Shown here piece by piece: positions 14,566 through 27,952 of a stretch of 64,000 nucleotides of DNA. Position 1 is the stretch's first letter; each line of letters begins with the position of its first letter. A model generated the notes under the pieces. It was not told the origin of the DNA and made no database searches. It worked only from the letters and a program-made list of their open reading frames with translations. The position numbers and the translations under genes are program-made. The DNA is from Octopus vulgaris (taxonomy: Eukaryota), in the NCBI GenBank assembly GCA_951406725.2, contig OX597820.1, positions 41,540,001 to 41,604,000 of the forward strand, in the 5' to 3' direction.

Positions 14566-15411
14566 TACAATGTGCGAGGGGTAAATTGTCGCCATTTTAT
14601 AATCTTAATTTCACACATGTGCATCGTTTGTTTTTGATTTTGTCGATTGCACAGTATAGTAGGGTCAGATGGGCACCCGTCTGTGAGTAAAACAGCACCA
14701 TGAGGCTATCCACTTGGCCAGAAATTTGGAAACGATATGTTGTTCTGCTTGGTATTCGCGCCGGAAAAACCAATACAAACATTTCAGAATGTTTGTGTAT
14801 CAATTGGAGAAAAGTGCAATCTGAGGACAAGTATCGAGAGTGATAAAAATCAAACATCCAGTCAACATCATGGTGCTTGGAGTGATGACTAGTGATTGCA
14901 ACGTTACACCTCCACTCATCTTCCCACATGACCTCAGATTCAACACGGATGCCTACATCAAGGACCTGGAGGAGTTAGTGCTGCCCTGGGTCAAGAAGGT
15001 GGCTGTTGGAAGATCCTATGTCACACAAACAGGAGAATCCAGTCATGGCTGTCAGACATGTTCTGAGATCACATCATGCCTAACATCTGGCCACCTAACT
15101 CCCCAGACTGCAACCCCACTGTCTGGGGTGCAGCTGAGCGAGAGGCTAATAAAACTCCTCGTAACACTGAAGATGTACTGAAGGCAAGGATTATGGTAGC
15201 ATTCAGTAACTTAAATAAGGAGACGGCCCAGAAGAGTTGCAGAAGATTCCGAAGTCGTTTGGAGGCCGTGGCTGAAGCCAATGGCAGTTTATTGAATATA
15301 CTCTTTAGTATTCCAAAATATTTTTATGTAATTTTGGTAAATATATCTGTTAAAATGAGATGTCAGCGTTATTTTCATTTTTGCGTTATTTAGACGAAAA
15401 TTTATTTACCG
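14566..15411 (+). mobile_element. Internally deleted Tc1/mariner transposon, maT (DD37D)-like
   Basis: KHPVNIMVLGVMTSDCNVTPPLIFPHDLRFNTDAYIKDLEELVLPWVKKV and PNIWPPNSPDCNP..VWGAAERE..KSCRRFRSRLEAVAEANG. TIR-like ends TACAATGTGCGAGGGGTAAATTGTCG and AGACGAAAATTTATTTACCG. Confidence 0.85.
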
Positions 15412-16047
15412 TTCTCTCTCTCTCTCTCCCTCTCTCTCTACATACATACATACACACACACAGACACACGCATATATATATATATATACATATACAGACA
15501 TGTATGTGTTTATGAATGTATGTAAAATGAAGCATGTGCTTTTCATGAAAACGTACGTTCAATTCTGATCTTAGGTAGAAATACCACATACTACCACGTA
15601 GAAAATAGAGAGATTAGGACAAAAATTTTAAGTAATCGTGAAGATTAGCGAAGTTAGAAAACCACCCAGGTACGTTCTATGATAAAATCAACATAGGTAA
15701 GAACTTTTCTAAAAGCAATCGAATATCGGAGATGTGATTATTTACGAGTACCTGTTAGCACACTTTTAAATATTCACTGGAGGTGGCTCGTGAAATCGGT
15801 CGGCTGCATAACATTCATGTGTCTCTTAAGAACTACTATTATTAACTGCAATCTGAAATCGAACATTCTTCCATACGATTTCTAAATGATAAACACGACA
15901 ATTGATTCTTGATTACGTCCATCAATTCATCGACCTATACTTCTATCTATTTCAATATAGCTCCAACAAGCGAATTATACTTGCGTTCATCGATGTTCCT
16001 ACATCAAACGTCCAATTTAATAACTTACGAATGTGTGCGTATACACG

Positions 16048-16087
<40 letters not shown>

Positions 16088-16088
16088 C

Positions 16089-16152
<64 letters not shown>

Positions 16153-16199
16153 CTCAATTTATCTATCTATCTCTCAATTTATCTATCTATCTCTCAATA

Positions 16200-16259
<60 letters not shown>

Positions 16260-16262
16260 AAT

Positions 16263-16352
<90 letters not shown>
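16048..16352. repeat. (ATCT)n microsatellite with repeated CTCTCAATTT interruptions
   Basis: Directly visible; a ~20-bp higher-order unit is repeated at 16151-16200. Confidence 0.95.
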
Positions 16353-16927
16353 GTGTGTGTGTGCGTGTATGTTTTGTTTCACTGGTTCCAGACTGTGGTC
16401 GGCAGCCATACTGGGGAAAATCCTAAACTGTTTAGTCAATCATATCGATCCCAGTACTTATTTCTGTCTGGTATTTTAACACATCTAGTTATCGAAACGC
16501 TAAGTTATAAATGCCATTTTAATCTCCATCCCTCACCCGTTCTTTTCTGTCTTTATTGCAACCTATTTTTACTCTATTCCCCCTCACCCCTTTCTCGTCA
16601 TTTATATCTCTCTCTCTATAGAGTCTGGTAATTGAGATATCCAGCTATACTCTCTATCCAAATAACCCTCTTTTTCGATCTGCACAAATTTCTACCAATT
16701 TTCTATTTTTTATTACACTCCCTGCACGGTTTTCATCTGAAAACAGGGCTAGGCTAGTGTGATAAGAAGCATGAAATAGAGAATGCATTTAAATATTTCC
16801 TGACTAAGAAATCGAATAACGGTTTATGTGAAGTAATTTATCAAAGCTTGCTCCAACGTGAAGCTGACTTTAACAACTAGCCCGTGTTAAGAGATAAAAG
16901 AGAAAGAAAGAGAGTGAGACAGAAAGA

Positions 16928-16994
<67 letters not shown>

Positions 16995-17613
16995 AGAAAG
17001 AAGGAAAGATAGAAGGAAAGAAAGAAAATAGTGAAAATGAACAAAAACTTGGTAAAAAAAAAGCAGAAAATATATGAATAAAACTAGAACCTTTATGTAG
17101 ATTAAGAACGTGAATCTTGTCTACACGAAACGTTCAAATTATCGATTAACTATCAGGCTCAGAGTTCAGGAGAGTAAGCGTCTGTGGGTTGTATTGGTAT
17201 TAATGTTAGTGAAATAAAAGTAGATAAGATGACTTCTAGGTGTACATTGAGAAAGCAATTAATGTTTTATTTACTAACAGTAAAGTAATATTATTATGCA
17301 AGGCAAGTAAAATATTCTTGTACGCTCTGCCCTGAAAGCCTAACAGCAAAGCTATAAATGTGCCTCTATTCTCAGGTTAAGTCAAGCGTGAGTAAAAAAA
17401 AAAGTATGTTTTAGTACACTAGTAAATTGTGGAAATGTACTAAAGAAAGGCATTCAGAGATAATTAGAATAGGCAGGTATGAGACACAGGTTTCTTTATT
17501 ATTCCGGTGTTAGTGATGTCATAAAAGGACAGGAATTATTCTTTAACACTAAAATCATATACCTACTCTTTGGATATTCGGACATGTGGCATCATTGGAT
17601 AGGCGACTTTTCA

Positions 17614-17649
17614 CTGACGAGGAGCAAAAATGCTGAAACTTATCGAGTA
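17614..17649 (+). ncRNA. Hammerhead-ribozyme-like motif (type I topology, degenerate stems)
   Basis: CTGACGA-ggAGCA-aaaa-TGCT-GAAA-CT-tatcg-AG-TA. The catalytic core consensus is intact, with stem II AGCA/TGCT and stem III ACT/AGT; stem I is poor. Confidence 0.5.
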
Positions 17650-17925
17650 ATGTTATTGTATACATATTAAAGTAATTTCTAAAATTTGACTTCACGTCGA
17701 TTGTATGGTACACAGATTGATTTTCGAATCTAAAATTCAAATTCGATTATTGTTTCTTCGTTTCTTAATCCGAATTATTTAATAAGATAGTGATTTTTTT
17801 CCTTATTAGTGTTCATATATTTTAATTAATAAAAAATTCTTCGTTCACTAAATGAAAAATGTTAGCCATGCCTGGGATTAAACTAACAGTAACATCCAAC
17901 TGCCACTTTGATATGGCGACTGGTT

Positions 17926-17981
<56 letters not shown>

Positions 17982-17985
<4 letters not shown>

Positions 17986-18310
17986 CTTGACCTTGACCGA
18001 CCAGTCCGTCAGGTGTCCATTTGACACTGCTGGTCACAGCACGCCGTCCACTCCTTTCTGAATCGCGCCTTTCTCATTCACACGATCCCAATCGCCCTCC
18101 TGAAATCGTAACTTCACTGTCGTGGAGGCTTTCCTAGTGGTCGTTTCCGCTCGCGGGTACCACTCGACAACTGCGCCGGTTCACCGATTATCGGTGAGCC
18201 GGGCAACGTGTCCAGCCCATCTAAACTTGCTGCGTGTAAATTCTATGATAACATCCCTCACGCCGAACTTCCCTCTGATGACCGCGCTACTGATATGCTC
18301 TCTCAACGAT
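17982..18310 (-). mobile_element. 5'-truncated RTE-clade LINE (3' end of the RT ORF and tail)
   Basis: The minus strand translates LREHISSAVIRGKFGVRDVIIEFTRSKFRWAGHVARLTDNR*TGAVVEWYPRERKRPLGKPP, a typical RTE C-terminus. It ends in TCAAGG repeats next to (TA)n. Confidence 0.85.
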
Positions 18311-18602
18311 TCTTCCCAGGCACAACAAAATACCGTAACAAGATTTCAGCAATATACAAAGATTGTGATATAGGGAACCTGGTATGTATTTATATAGTAC
18401 AAAATACTACGAAACTTATATGCACATACAAAATAGAATTTAAACCACTTTGTAAGTTGAAATGATTATACTTACTACTGGACTTAATGCAATAAAAAGA
18501 GTTATGCATATTTAGACTTACTTTTTACAACATGGTCCAAAGTTTCGGCCAACTGTGTATTCACAAATTTTCATATAATTCTATGTACACATGCCCACAC
18601 AA

Positions 18603-18633
<31 letters not shown>

Positions 18634-18659
18634 TATATTGTATATATATATGTATATAT

Positions 18660-18976
18660 GTTACGACGAAGAGCGTTCCAGTTGATTCTTTGAACAGAAC
18701 AGCCTACTCTTAAAATTAACGCGCAAGTGGTTGAGCACTCCACAAACACGCGTCACGCGTATCCATAACGTAGCTCTCAGGGAGATTCAGCCTGACACTG
18801 AGTGTGACAAGGCTGACCCCTTGAATTGCAGGTACAACTACTTTTGCCAGCTACGTGGACTGGACCAAGGTGAAAAAAAAGTATCTTGGTCAATGAAACA
18901 ATGCACAGCCGGTTTTCGAATCCACGACCTTACACTCTTGATCCGAGTATCCCTAACCACTGAGCCACGCGCCTTC
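18660..18976 (-). mobile_element. tRNA-derived SINE family C
   Basis: Minus-strand head GGCGCGTGGCTCAGTGGTTAGGG...GGATTCGAAAACC; body homologous to 30425-30695. Confidence 0.8.
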
Positions 18977-19000
18977 ATATCGTCTGACCACTGTCCGAAG

Positions 19001-19212
19001 TCAGGACGCCATGATAGATCGCTAGCTCCTACACGCAATTTTTTTCTCTCCTTGTTTCTCTCCTTGTTTTTTTCTGTGTATCTTTCTGTCGAAGAGCATA
19101 GGCTCGAAACGTAAAATACTTTTTCTATTTCTATTCCTGAGAGCTATACTAATACATTTGTTTGTTTGTACTCCACCTGCCTTCGTCTTTTGTTTATTTT
19201 CGTAAACTTTCC

Positions 19213-19216
<4 letters not shown>
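19001..19216 (+). mobile_element. ~200-bp interspersed element D carrying a hammerhead-like motif (copy 1)
   Basis: Near-identical to 26239-26436. Contains CTGTCGA-A-GAGC-ATAG-GCTC-GAAACGTA at 19086-19113 and is followed by (TA)n. Confidence 0.8.
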
Positions 19217-19250
<34 letters not shown>

Positions 19251-19835
19251 AGGACTGTTACAGCGGTGCTCCTACTGAGATAACATTTCAGGATGTGATG
19301 TGTTTAATTCTATAATATGAGAAGGTGACTGAACGTTCTTGAAAAACACATACGAAAAGGTGTAAATGCATCCAGCGATCCACTGGACGAATATCCAGGT
19401 AACTGGCCTATCAACGTCGTGCTTACGTATGCTACTCACTGTAGTTATACATTTATGTGTGTGTTTGTGTGTGTGTGTGCTGTTCGTATGTGTGCGTATG
19501 CATTTGTCCTTATATATATATATATATATATATGTATACATTTTGGAAATGTGTGTAAATGTGCGTATGTGCGTGCATATTCATATACATTTATGGACAC
19601 AAATATATATCTCTATGTATATATTTCTCTCTTTCACACACTCTCTCTCTCTCTCCTTCTCTATCTAGTTGGATAGCTAGTTAGCTACGTATGTGCGTGT
19701 ATACATGTTCATGTCTGTATATATATATATAAATATATATATATATATGTATGTGTGCTTCAAAAGTTCTTGCATATAATTCATTGTGTCATTGTGTCTC
19801 AATATATACAGGGAGTGACAGAAACATATTTGTAC

Positions 19836-19956
<121 letters not shown>

Positions 19957-20352
19957 GTTATGATCGTACCCACTTCAAGCATACACATACATATAAATGA
20001 ACACACATTAGTTTGGCAGTTTTGCACCAAGCTAGAGCGGCACAGTTCATGCTAGTGGTAGAACTGATTACACAAACAAAATAAATTATTCCCATGTGAT
20101 CTACACCGATGTTTTAATTAAAACGGGTTAAGCTGTTAAGCTGTTAACCCCTTAACTACTGCATGAGCATGCTTCACATGGAATTAGGAATGTGTAAGTG
20201 CAAGCTGACTGCAGAATAGTCCGTAAGTGGTTCTGACTAATACTTATTCTCTTCTCTCTGTCACAGAAATATTATACAGAGAAACGTAGATGTTCGCCCA
20301 TACAGCATAAACGGGCATATACATACATTCGCTCCGAGTTCCATACATAGAC

Positions 20353-20357
<5 letters not shown>

Positions 20358-20397
<40 letters not shown>

Positions 20398-20445
20398 TAT
20401 ATATATACTTATTTATAATTCTTTCACACACACATACACTATATA

Positions 20446-20502
<57 letters not shown>

Positions 20503-20652
20503 ATATATATATGTATATATATGTATATATATGTATATGTATATATATATATGTATATATATGTATGTGTATGTATATATATGTATATGTATGTATAAAT
20601 ATGTATATGCATGTATATATATATTTACATGTATAAGTATATATATACATGT

Positions 20653-20684
<32 letters not shown>

Positions 20685-20802
20685 ATATATATGTATATAT
20701 ATATGTATGTATATATATGTATATATATATATGTATGTATATATATGTATATGTATATATATATATGTATGTATATATATGTATATGTATATATATGTAT
20801 GT

Positions 20803-20834
<32 letters not shown>

Positions 20835-20941
20835 GTATGTATATATATGTATATGTATATATATATATGTGTGTATATGTATATATATATGTATATATAT
20901 GCATATATATGTATGTATGTATATGTATATGCATATATATA

Positions 20942-20982
<41 letters not shown>

Positions 20983-21001
20983 GCATATATATGTATGTAT
21001 G

Positions 21002-21047
<46 letters not shown>
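20358..21047. repeat. ~700-bp degenerate (TA)n/(TATG)n array
   Basis: Directly visible; source of the 143-253 aa YI-rich pseudo-ORFs. Confidence 0.95.
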
Positions 21048-21050
<3 letters not shown>

Positions 21051-21915
21051 GTACATGCATGCATAGAGAGTGCATATGCGTATATAAGTATGTATTTTTG
21101 ATATATATTGCGTTATATATATTTACTCAAAATTCAAGGCGTACATCTTTGTGAATTATGTTAATCTGTGTATTTCATAATAAATACCAATAGGAAAACA
21201 CACGTCCATACACTGTAAGAAACGTGCTCGTCTTCCTTTCTATACACACCTAATCATTCACGCGCCTACATACGCAAAACACACACACACACACACACAT
21301 TTATATATATACATATATATATATATATTACGTATCTGTCTGTCTCTGTCTCTCTGTCTATCTCTCTCTCTCTCTATCTATCTGTCGTTATGTATGCATA
21401 CATGCATACATATATACATATATGAATATATGTAAATATGTGTGTGTGTGTATAATTCCAGCTTCAAACGAATATAGATTCGTACACCTTACAGTGTCAA
21501 GGCGAACACATGCCATATTCTAAAGTCCATTCTCTCGCTCCAATTCACACAAATTCCAAATTTGGTAGCATCCATCAGTGATTATGGTTAGCAAGCGTAT
21601 GCATCTTGCAGTCTTTGGAAAAACGCGCGCGCGCACACACATACACGCACGAACACAAACACACCCAAAGTCACTCTAACATGCACACACATGTACATAC
21701 AGAAGAATGGCTCTAAACACGTGCATACTCTTAAGAAAAGCATGTACGTATTACTCTATGTACTAATATAGATGCCATGTCTGACTTTATAAATCAACTG
21801 CGATTGACGAGCAAGCAGGCACACATATGCATATGCTTATTGACATCATAAGAAGCGTACGTTTAGACACGCTTTCATACGCATACATAAACATGCGCAC
21901 ACACACACACACCAC

Positions 21916-21946
<31 letters not shown>

Positions 21947-22129
21947 CACACACATACAAATACACAGTCATACACTCGAATACAAACGTGCAATACAGCC
22001 AAGCTGAACGCTAATCCAAGCTAAGAAGTACGCTGGACCAGTCCGACAGGAAAGAAGAAACAAGCAAACTGAATGAAGCAGACAGAAATATTGAGATGAT
22101 AGATAGAATAAATGGGTGGGAGGTTCAGC

Positions 22130-22163
<34 letters not shown>

Positions 22164-22806
22164 GAGGGAGAGAGAGAAAGATAAACGGAGAAAGGAAGAG
22201 AAGGGATATTCTAAAATCAACTGAAGTGGCATCAGTCTCCCTCTTTGTAGAAGGTCACATGAAGGAAATGCTATGAAAAGTGCGCCCCCTTTACTATTTC
22301 CGTAAGAAAAACCTTCATGTCTCTTTTTGTCTCGTAATTAAGTCGAAAAGGCCGGCTTATTCGCTTCAATAGGCAAACAGGAATTTTTATTTTGGTATTT
22401 GTTTATTTATTGATTTTTAGTTTTCGTTGTCTTCTTGAAGTTTATACAGGCATTTCCAGTTGGTAAGTTTCATGGCAAATATCAAGCTAAAGTGCCGTCC
22501 GTTTTCTGTATCAAACGAATAGAATGCCTTTCTCAAGTGGAGTTGGAGAGATTGGGCGAATTTTGGTTTCTCCAATGAATAATGAAGTGTAAAAGTTGTT
22601 TGGAGAAATAGTGTTTATACCATTCCATTTTCAGTACACATTGGCTCCTTTCTCAATGCCAACCTTCCAATTCTTGGCTTTGTCCGAACTATTCCATTTT
22701 TCACCCGATTGGATTTCAGTTCTGTACAAAAGTCAAGTACATATGAATGCAATACTGCATACATACATACGTACATATATACAAACATATACGTACATAT
22801 ACATAC

Positions 22807-22903
<97 letters not shown>

Positions 22904-23379
22904 CATAAATGTTTATATACGCTGGTAGCCAACTGGACCTTTATGCGTGTGTGTATGTGAATGTAAGCGTGTATATATTATATAATATAAAATATAACTG
23001 AAAACTATACTTGAACATATTTAATATACAGCTCAAAAAGACTTTTACAAATACACATAGACCCACAAATATATAGCTGTGTATTTCAACAAATATTTAC
23101 GCTTGCATTTTATAGGAGTGTTTCTGCAGATATGCAAATAGTGTTAAAATAACCAGTAGGTTAGCTGAAGAAGTGTAAGCATAATATATCTAAGGATAAA
23201 CTATAAAAATATTTCTTTGCCTTGCTTTCATAAACATACATGTAGAACCACTGAGTCCAAAGCAGCCACGGGATATTTTTGCTGTAAATTTTAGTATTAC
23301 GCAATTAAACGTACTCATATACATTTGTTTGCAACTTATCTGCAAAGACCCTGTTGCATAAGTTGATTCATGTATCTAG

Positions 23380-23590
23380 CTATATATCTATCTATCTATC
23401 TGTCTATATATCTGTCTATCTATCTGTCTATCTATCTATCTGTCTATCTGTCTATCTATCTGTCTATCTATCTATCTGTCTATCTGTCTATCTATCTATC
23501 TATCTATCTATCTGTCTGTCTGCCTGTCTATCTGTCTGTCTATCTGTCTGTCTATCTGTCTGTCTATCTGTCTGTCTATCTGTCTGTCTA

Positions 23591-23642
<52 letters not shown>

Positions 23643-23700
23643 TCCAGCTATCTATCTAGCTATCTATCTATATATCTATTTAATTTATCTATCTATCTAT
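23380..23700. repeat. (ATCT)n/(GTCT)n compound microsatellite
   Basis: Directly visible. Confidence 0.95.
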
Positions 23701-24135
23701 ACACACACATACACACAAACACATATACATGTGTAAGTGCGCGAGTGCGTGCGTGTACGTAATTATAAATTTACACACATACATATGCACGGCCTTTTAT
23801 AAATATAACGAGTGTATGAGTGAACTAAATAAATGGTCTTGACTAACACAGTTAAGCCGAAGCTCTAGCGTTTCGTGATAACAAAGGTATAAGGGTGGAA
23901 ATTCTGGAAGCAACCATCTCACGTGGTGACATTTGTAGGCGAATGCTTTGCTTGGAATCCCCACTATAATTCGGTCGGACGCTGCAGGAAACACAAAACT
24001 TGCGCATATTGGCTTATGCCTGGCATCAAGAAACACATCAACATAAGATGGTACGATTAATGTTTACGAAAGCTTGTTATGCTTGAACAAAGTTTTTGCA
24101 AGCAACGTTCGTAATTATGTGCATTGCATCTATAT

Positions 24136-24273
24136 CAGTCTTGGCCAACCTGTGGCCCGCGGGACTTTCTGAATGTCAAGCCTGAACGAATAATTACTTT
24201 AATTTTTGTAGTAGCGCGGCTCGCCCGATGATGCGGACCACTTCTCTAAGAAAAAAAAAATTGTCCATGACTG
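24136..24273. mobile_element. hAT (Charlie-like) MITE
   Basis: Imperfect TIRs CAGTCTTGGCCAA / TTGTCCATGACTG, subterminal GGCCCGCG motifs, and an 8-bp TSD-like pair ATCTATAT (24128-24135) / ATCTGCAT (24274-24281). Confidence 0.75.
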
Positions 24274-25001
24274 ATCTGCATTTTCAAAAGAATAACCTGG
24301 GAATAACGGATAAATAAGTGATTTGTGTTTGCTTGCTATCAACAACAGTAGATATATATTTGTATTGATTCCATAAACGAGATATCAAAAACAAACCTGC
24401 TCCTATTTTACATAATAGTGATTCCTTCTGCAGTACAAAGGCACAATCAGTACACATATGAAGAAAACAATATTGAATCCCGTAAAGATCAAACCCTTGA
24501 AATCCACTTCACTGGCGATCTTGAATTTCCAACAAAGCAAAAATTTCATTCAAATGTTTCGCTTTCCTCACAAGAGCTAGAATGTTTTAGCTCCCAACAG
24601 CTGCTGATTCTCGACGAAACACAAATGGGACCAACAGTAAAATACTATTCACATATTCAGGACTTTGCTGCTGCTACACAAACTATCATATTCAACCCGT
24701 ACCCAGTTAACCCAACCGATTTGCATGTAGTTATTAACCGATACACTTCAACTACTAGTCCACATAAGTGATGTTTCCTTACTGTACACTGGATATTACA
24801 ATGGGGACTTCTTTTATGAACCAGTTCATTAAGGTTGCTTATGACTTCCATCCAAGCCACGTACCAATTATTACCCATTCCTACGTCCTCATTTCATTAA
24901 CGTTCTGGCTCATATTTTCTTATTGTTCTCGATTTACACGTGTTCACGATCAGCATTTACCACACTGTACCCTTCTCAGAGCTACAAAAAGAGTAATGTA
25001 T

Positions 25002-25236
25002 TCCTCTTTCTTTACTACCCACAAGGGGCTAAACACAGAGAGGACAAACAAGGACAGACAAACAGATTAAGTCGATTACATCTACCCCAGTGCGTAACAG
25101 GTACTTAATTTATCGACCCCGAAAGGATGAAAGGCAAAGTCGACCTCGGCGGAATTTGAACTCAGAACGTAACGGCAGACGAAATACGGCTACGCATTTC
25201 GCCCGGCGTGGTAACGTTTCTGCCAGCTCGTCGCCT
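25002..25236 (-). mobile_element. SINE family A, monomeric copy with 12-bp TSD
   Basis: Reverse complement of monomer 1 of 168-400. AGAGTAATGTAT is duplicated at 24990-25001 and 25237-25248. Confidence 0.9.
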
Positions 25237-26238
25237 AGAGTAATGTATACCGTACATTCCCTTGACAGAACACCTTACATTAATCGCAGCGTTCGTTACC
25301 AGTATCCATACCTGACCAATGCTTATTGTTCATCTAATACTTGCTATTTATATACCTATTAAAAAATTGCTTAATATTCGTCCGTCTAATCTTCACCCTT
25401 CTGGAATGAAATTAATTTCACTCTTTTACTTATAATAATTTCCTTCATTAACTGCTCTAGTGTTACCCAGTTCTCACATTCCTTATTGCACGATCAGAAA
25501 AAACAAAAACATGAGCAATACCCCTTCCCGACACAAAGGGCATATTCTCATTTAACTAACTTTAATCCTACTAGTAATTTATTCATTTGCTTTCGTAAAA
25601 ACTGTTTCAGAATTCTGCAGCAGCCATGATCTAATCTACACCATATCTATTATAGCTATAGTGTAAACTGCATGAATCATTACATTTTAAACATTCAATA
25701 TCTCAAATAAACTCTCAAGACACATACGTTTGATGGTATTGTACTGAAGTATGAAATATAGAGTAAACATAAGCATTTCCTAAGAGCTTTTACAAACCGG
25801 GAGATGAATTATAATCTATAGCACTGAGTAGATGAGAAATAAATTTCCACTTACATAGGCACTATCTATTGCAAACATCCATTCAAGATGATCTGATTAA
25901 TAATTTGCGATAGCTTGTGCTTTATTTAAACTCAAGGCCGATCACTTGGTATAACAATGAAGCAGCCAATGATGCAGCGTTTACGTGGTCACGCGACCTA
26001 CTGGAAATAGCAATAATTTCTTTCTCACCTAAAGTATTGCTATATTTATATTTAAAGAAAAAAAAACAATAAACAAAAACGGTCACACATTAGCTAGTGT
26101 AGTATAAGTTAATCTAAACCTGAAAAGAATTAGTGCTCACAACTACAGCACGCAAAATAATGACAATTACAACATCCGCATCATTCATTCTATACATACA
26201 TGAATACATACACACATTCGCATATGAATATATATATA

Positions 26239-26432
26239 TCAGGACGCCGTGATAGATCGTTAGCTACTACACGCATTTTTTTCTCTCCTTGTTTTTTTTC
26301 TGTGTATCTTTCTGTCGAAGAGCGTAGGCTCGAAACGTAAAAGACATTTTCTCTTCCTGAGCGCTATACTAATACATTTGTTTGTTTGTACTCCACCTGC
26401 CTTCGTCTTTTGTTTATTTTCGTAAACTTTCC

Positions 26433-26436
<4 letters not shown>
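26239..26436 (+). mobile_element. ~200-bp interspersed element D carrying a hammerhead-like motif (copy 2)
   Basis: Near-identical to 19001-19216; flanked by (TA)n on both sides. Confidence 0.8.
26307..26344 (+). ncRNA. Minimal type I hammerhead-ribozyme-like motif (A6U variant)
   Basis: TCTTT-CTGTCGA-A-GAGC-GTAG-GCTC-GAAA-CGTA-AAAGA: stem I TCTTT/AAAGA, stem II GAGC/GCTC, palindromic ACGT in place of stem III, GUA triplet. Confidence 0.55.
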
Positions 26437-26479
<43 letters not shown>

Positions 26480-26518
26480 TGTTTTTATGTTCAGTTATAA
26501 TAAAAGTATTTTCGGACT

Positions 26519-26563
26519 GCTGTCCGAAGATGGCTTAGCTGGCCGAAACTTCGAAGTCACTGT
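26519..26563 (+). ncRNA. Type I hammerhead-ribozyme-like motif (U4C variant)
   Basis: GCTGT-CCGAAGA-T-GGCT-tagct-GGCC-GAAA-CTTCGAAG-TC-ACTGT: stem II GGCU/GGCC, palindromic stem III ACTTCGAAGT, GUC triplet, imperfect stem I. Confidence 0.55.
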
Positions 26564-26592
26564 CAACAACATTCTTGCTTAAGAATTATATA

Positions 26593-27400
26593 TACGTGGT
26601 CTGATCAATAAGTATCCGGACTGTTGGCATAGGAACGAAGCTAAAACATGTACAATAAGGCCGCTTAGCACCTTGAACTCTGCTGTGCATGCGCGCTTAC
26701 TTTTAACGTTCTAGCTCACTTCCTCTGTTTACAGTAGTGCTTGGAAGGAACGTGTGTTACGTGTGATGGTCGTACTGAACACGACAGAGAAAGTTGCACA
26801 GATAATCTGCATCAAATTTTGATAAAAGCTTGGTGATACCTACTCAGAGGCATATGCAAAGTTTTCAAAAAAAAGTTTACATTGTTCTCGACACAATCAA
26901 GATCTTGTGCACCCAAAACCCGAGTGTCTTATTGGTGAGTTGAAAGCAGTTTTGGCACAAACTTGGTAGACACGTGTCTCACACTCTTAGTGACAATGGA
27001 CTGAACTGAACCGTAACTAATCTGCATATCCTCTGACAACTCACGGATGGTGATGCGACGGTTTCCCCTCACAGATGCACGCACGTGAATTTTTTAAAGT
27101 TCTGCTGGTTGTGACCATCTTGAAAACGTCTGAACCACGCCTACACTTGTGTGCAACTCATACACTCCTCTCCATACACTTTCTGCAACTTTGCGTAGGC
27201 CTCTGAGCAGGTATTGCCATGACAACTTTCTCTGTCGTGGTCAATGCGACGATCATACGTTACATACGTTCCTTTCAAACAAGAATGTTCAAACTTAGTG
27301 CGCATGCACAATAGAGTTCAATCTGTGCTGAGTGGCTTTACCCTGCCTGCTTCAGCTTCGTTACTATGGCAATAGTCCGGATACTTATCAATCAGTTCTC

Positions 27401-27403
<3 letters not shown>
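26593..27403. mobile_element. Fold-back mariner derivative made of two inverted 5' ends
   Basis: 26593-26878 (plus) is the reverse complement of ~27170-27403 (TIR CTGATCAATAAGTATCCGGACT / AGTCCGGATACTTATCAATCAG). The minus arm encodes an N-terminal transposase fragment (TCSEAYAKLQKVYGEECMS...RRITIRELSEDMQISYGSVQSI...KFVPKLL); there is no catalytic domain. Confidence 0.85.
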
Positions 27404-27464
<61 letters not shown>

Positions 27465-27695
27465 CCGTTACTCTTCCTTGGACTATGCAGTGAAAACTGA
27501 AACAAGCCAAGGAATATCATTAACTCATTAACTTAGTTGATGTAAAGTTTATTATAAAGAGTAATTATTAAATATATAACGAGAGAATATTATTCAAGGA
27601 TTATAATAAAAATTTCATTTCTCCTTTAATTACAGCAGATATCCGCGTAAGTTCGCATATAGATATTTTTTCCCTACACACACACACAGAAACGC

Positions 27696-27732
27696 GCATA
27701 TACATACTCGCACACAAAAACAAACCCCAATC

Positions 27733-27807
<75 letters not shown>

Positions 27808-27952
27808 TATGCACATATACATATGCAGAAGCACGCAAATATTGGCATATGCTTCTCCAAACACATCATCGGAAATACATGCAAGATTATGTTTGTATTT
27901 GTGACATGGTACGAAGCATTGTAAGTGTGTGTGTATATATGTATGTCAGAGG
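27696..27952 (+). repeat. Unclassified repeat F, copy 1 (inverted partner at 41525-41735)
   Basis: GCAGAAGCACGCAAATATTGGCATATGCTTCTCCAAACACATC...GTGACATGGTACGAAGCA aligns with the reverse complement of 41565-41665. Confidence 0.8.

Noticed and set aside
24418-25362. Non-repetitive ORFs of 100-117 aa around the SINE at 25 kb
   Set aside because: No recognisable domain or splice pattern; possibly a very old LINE remnant, but not supportable.
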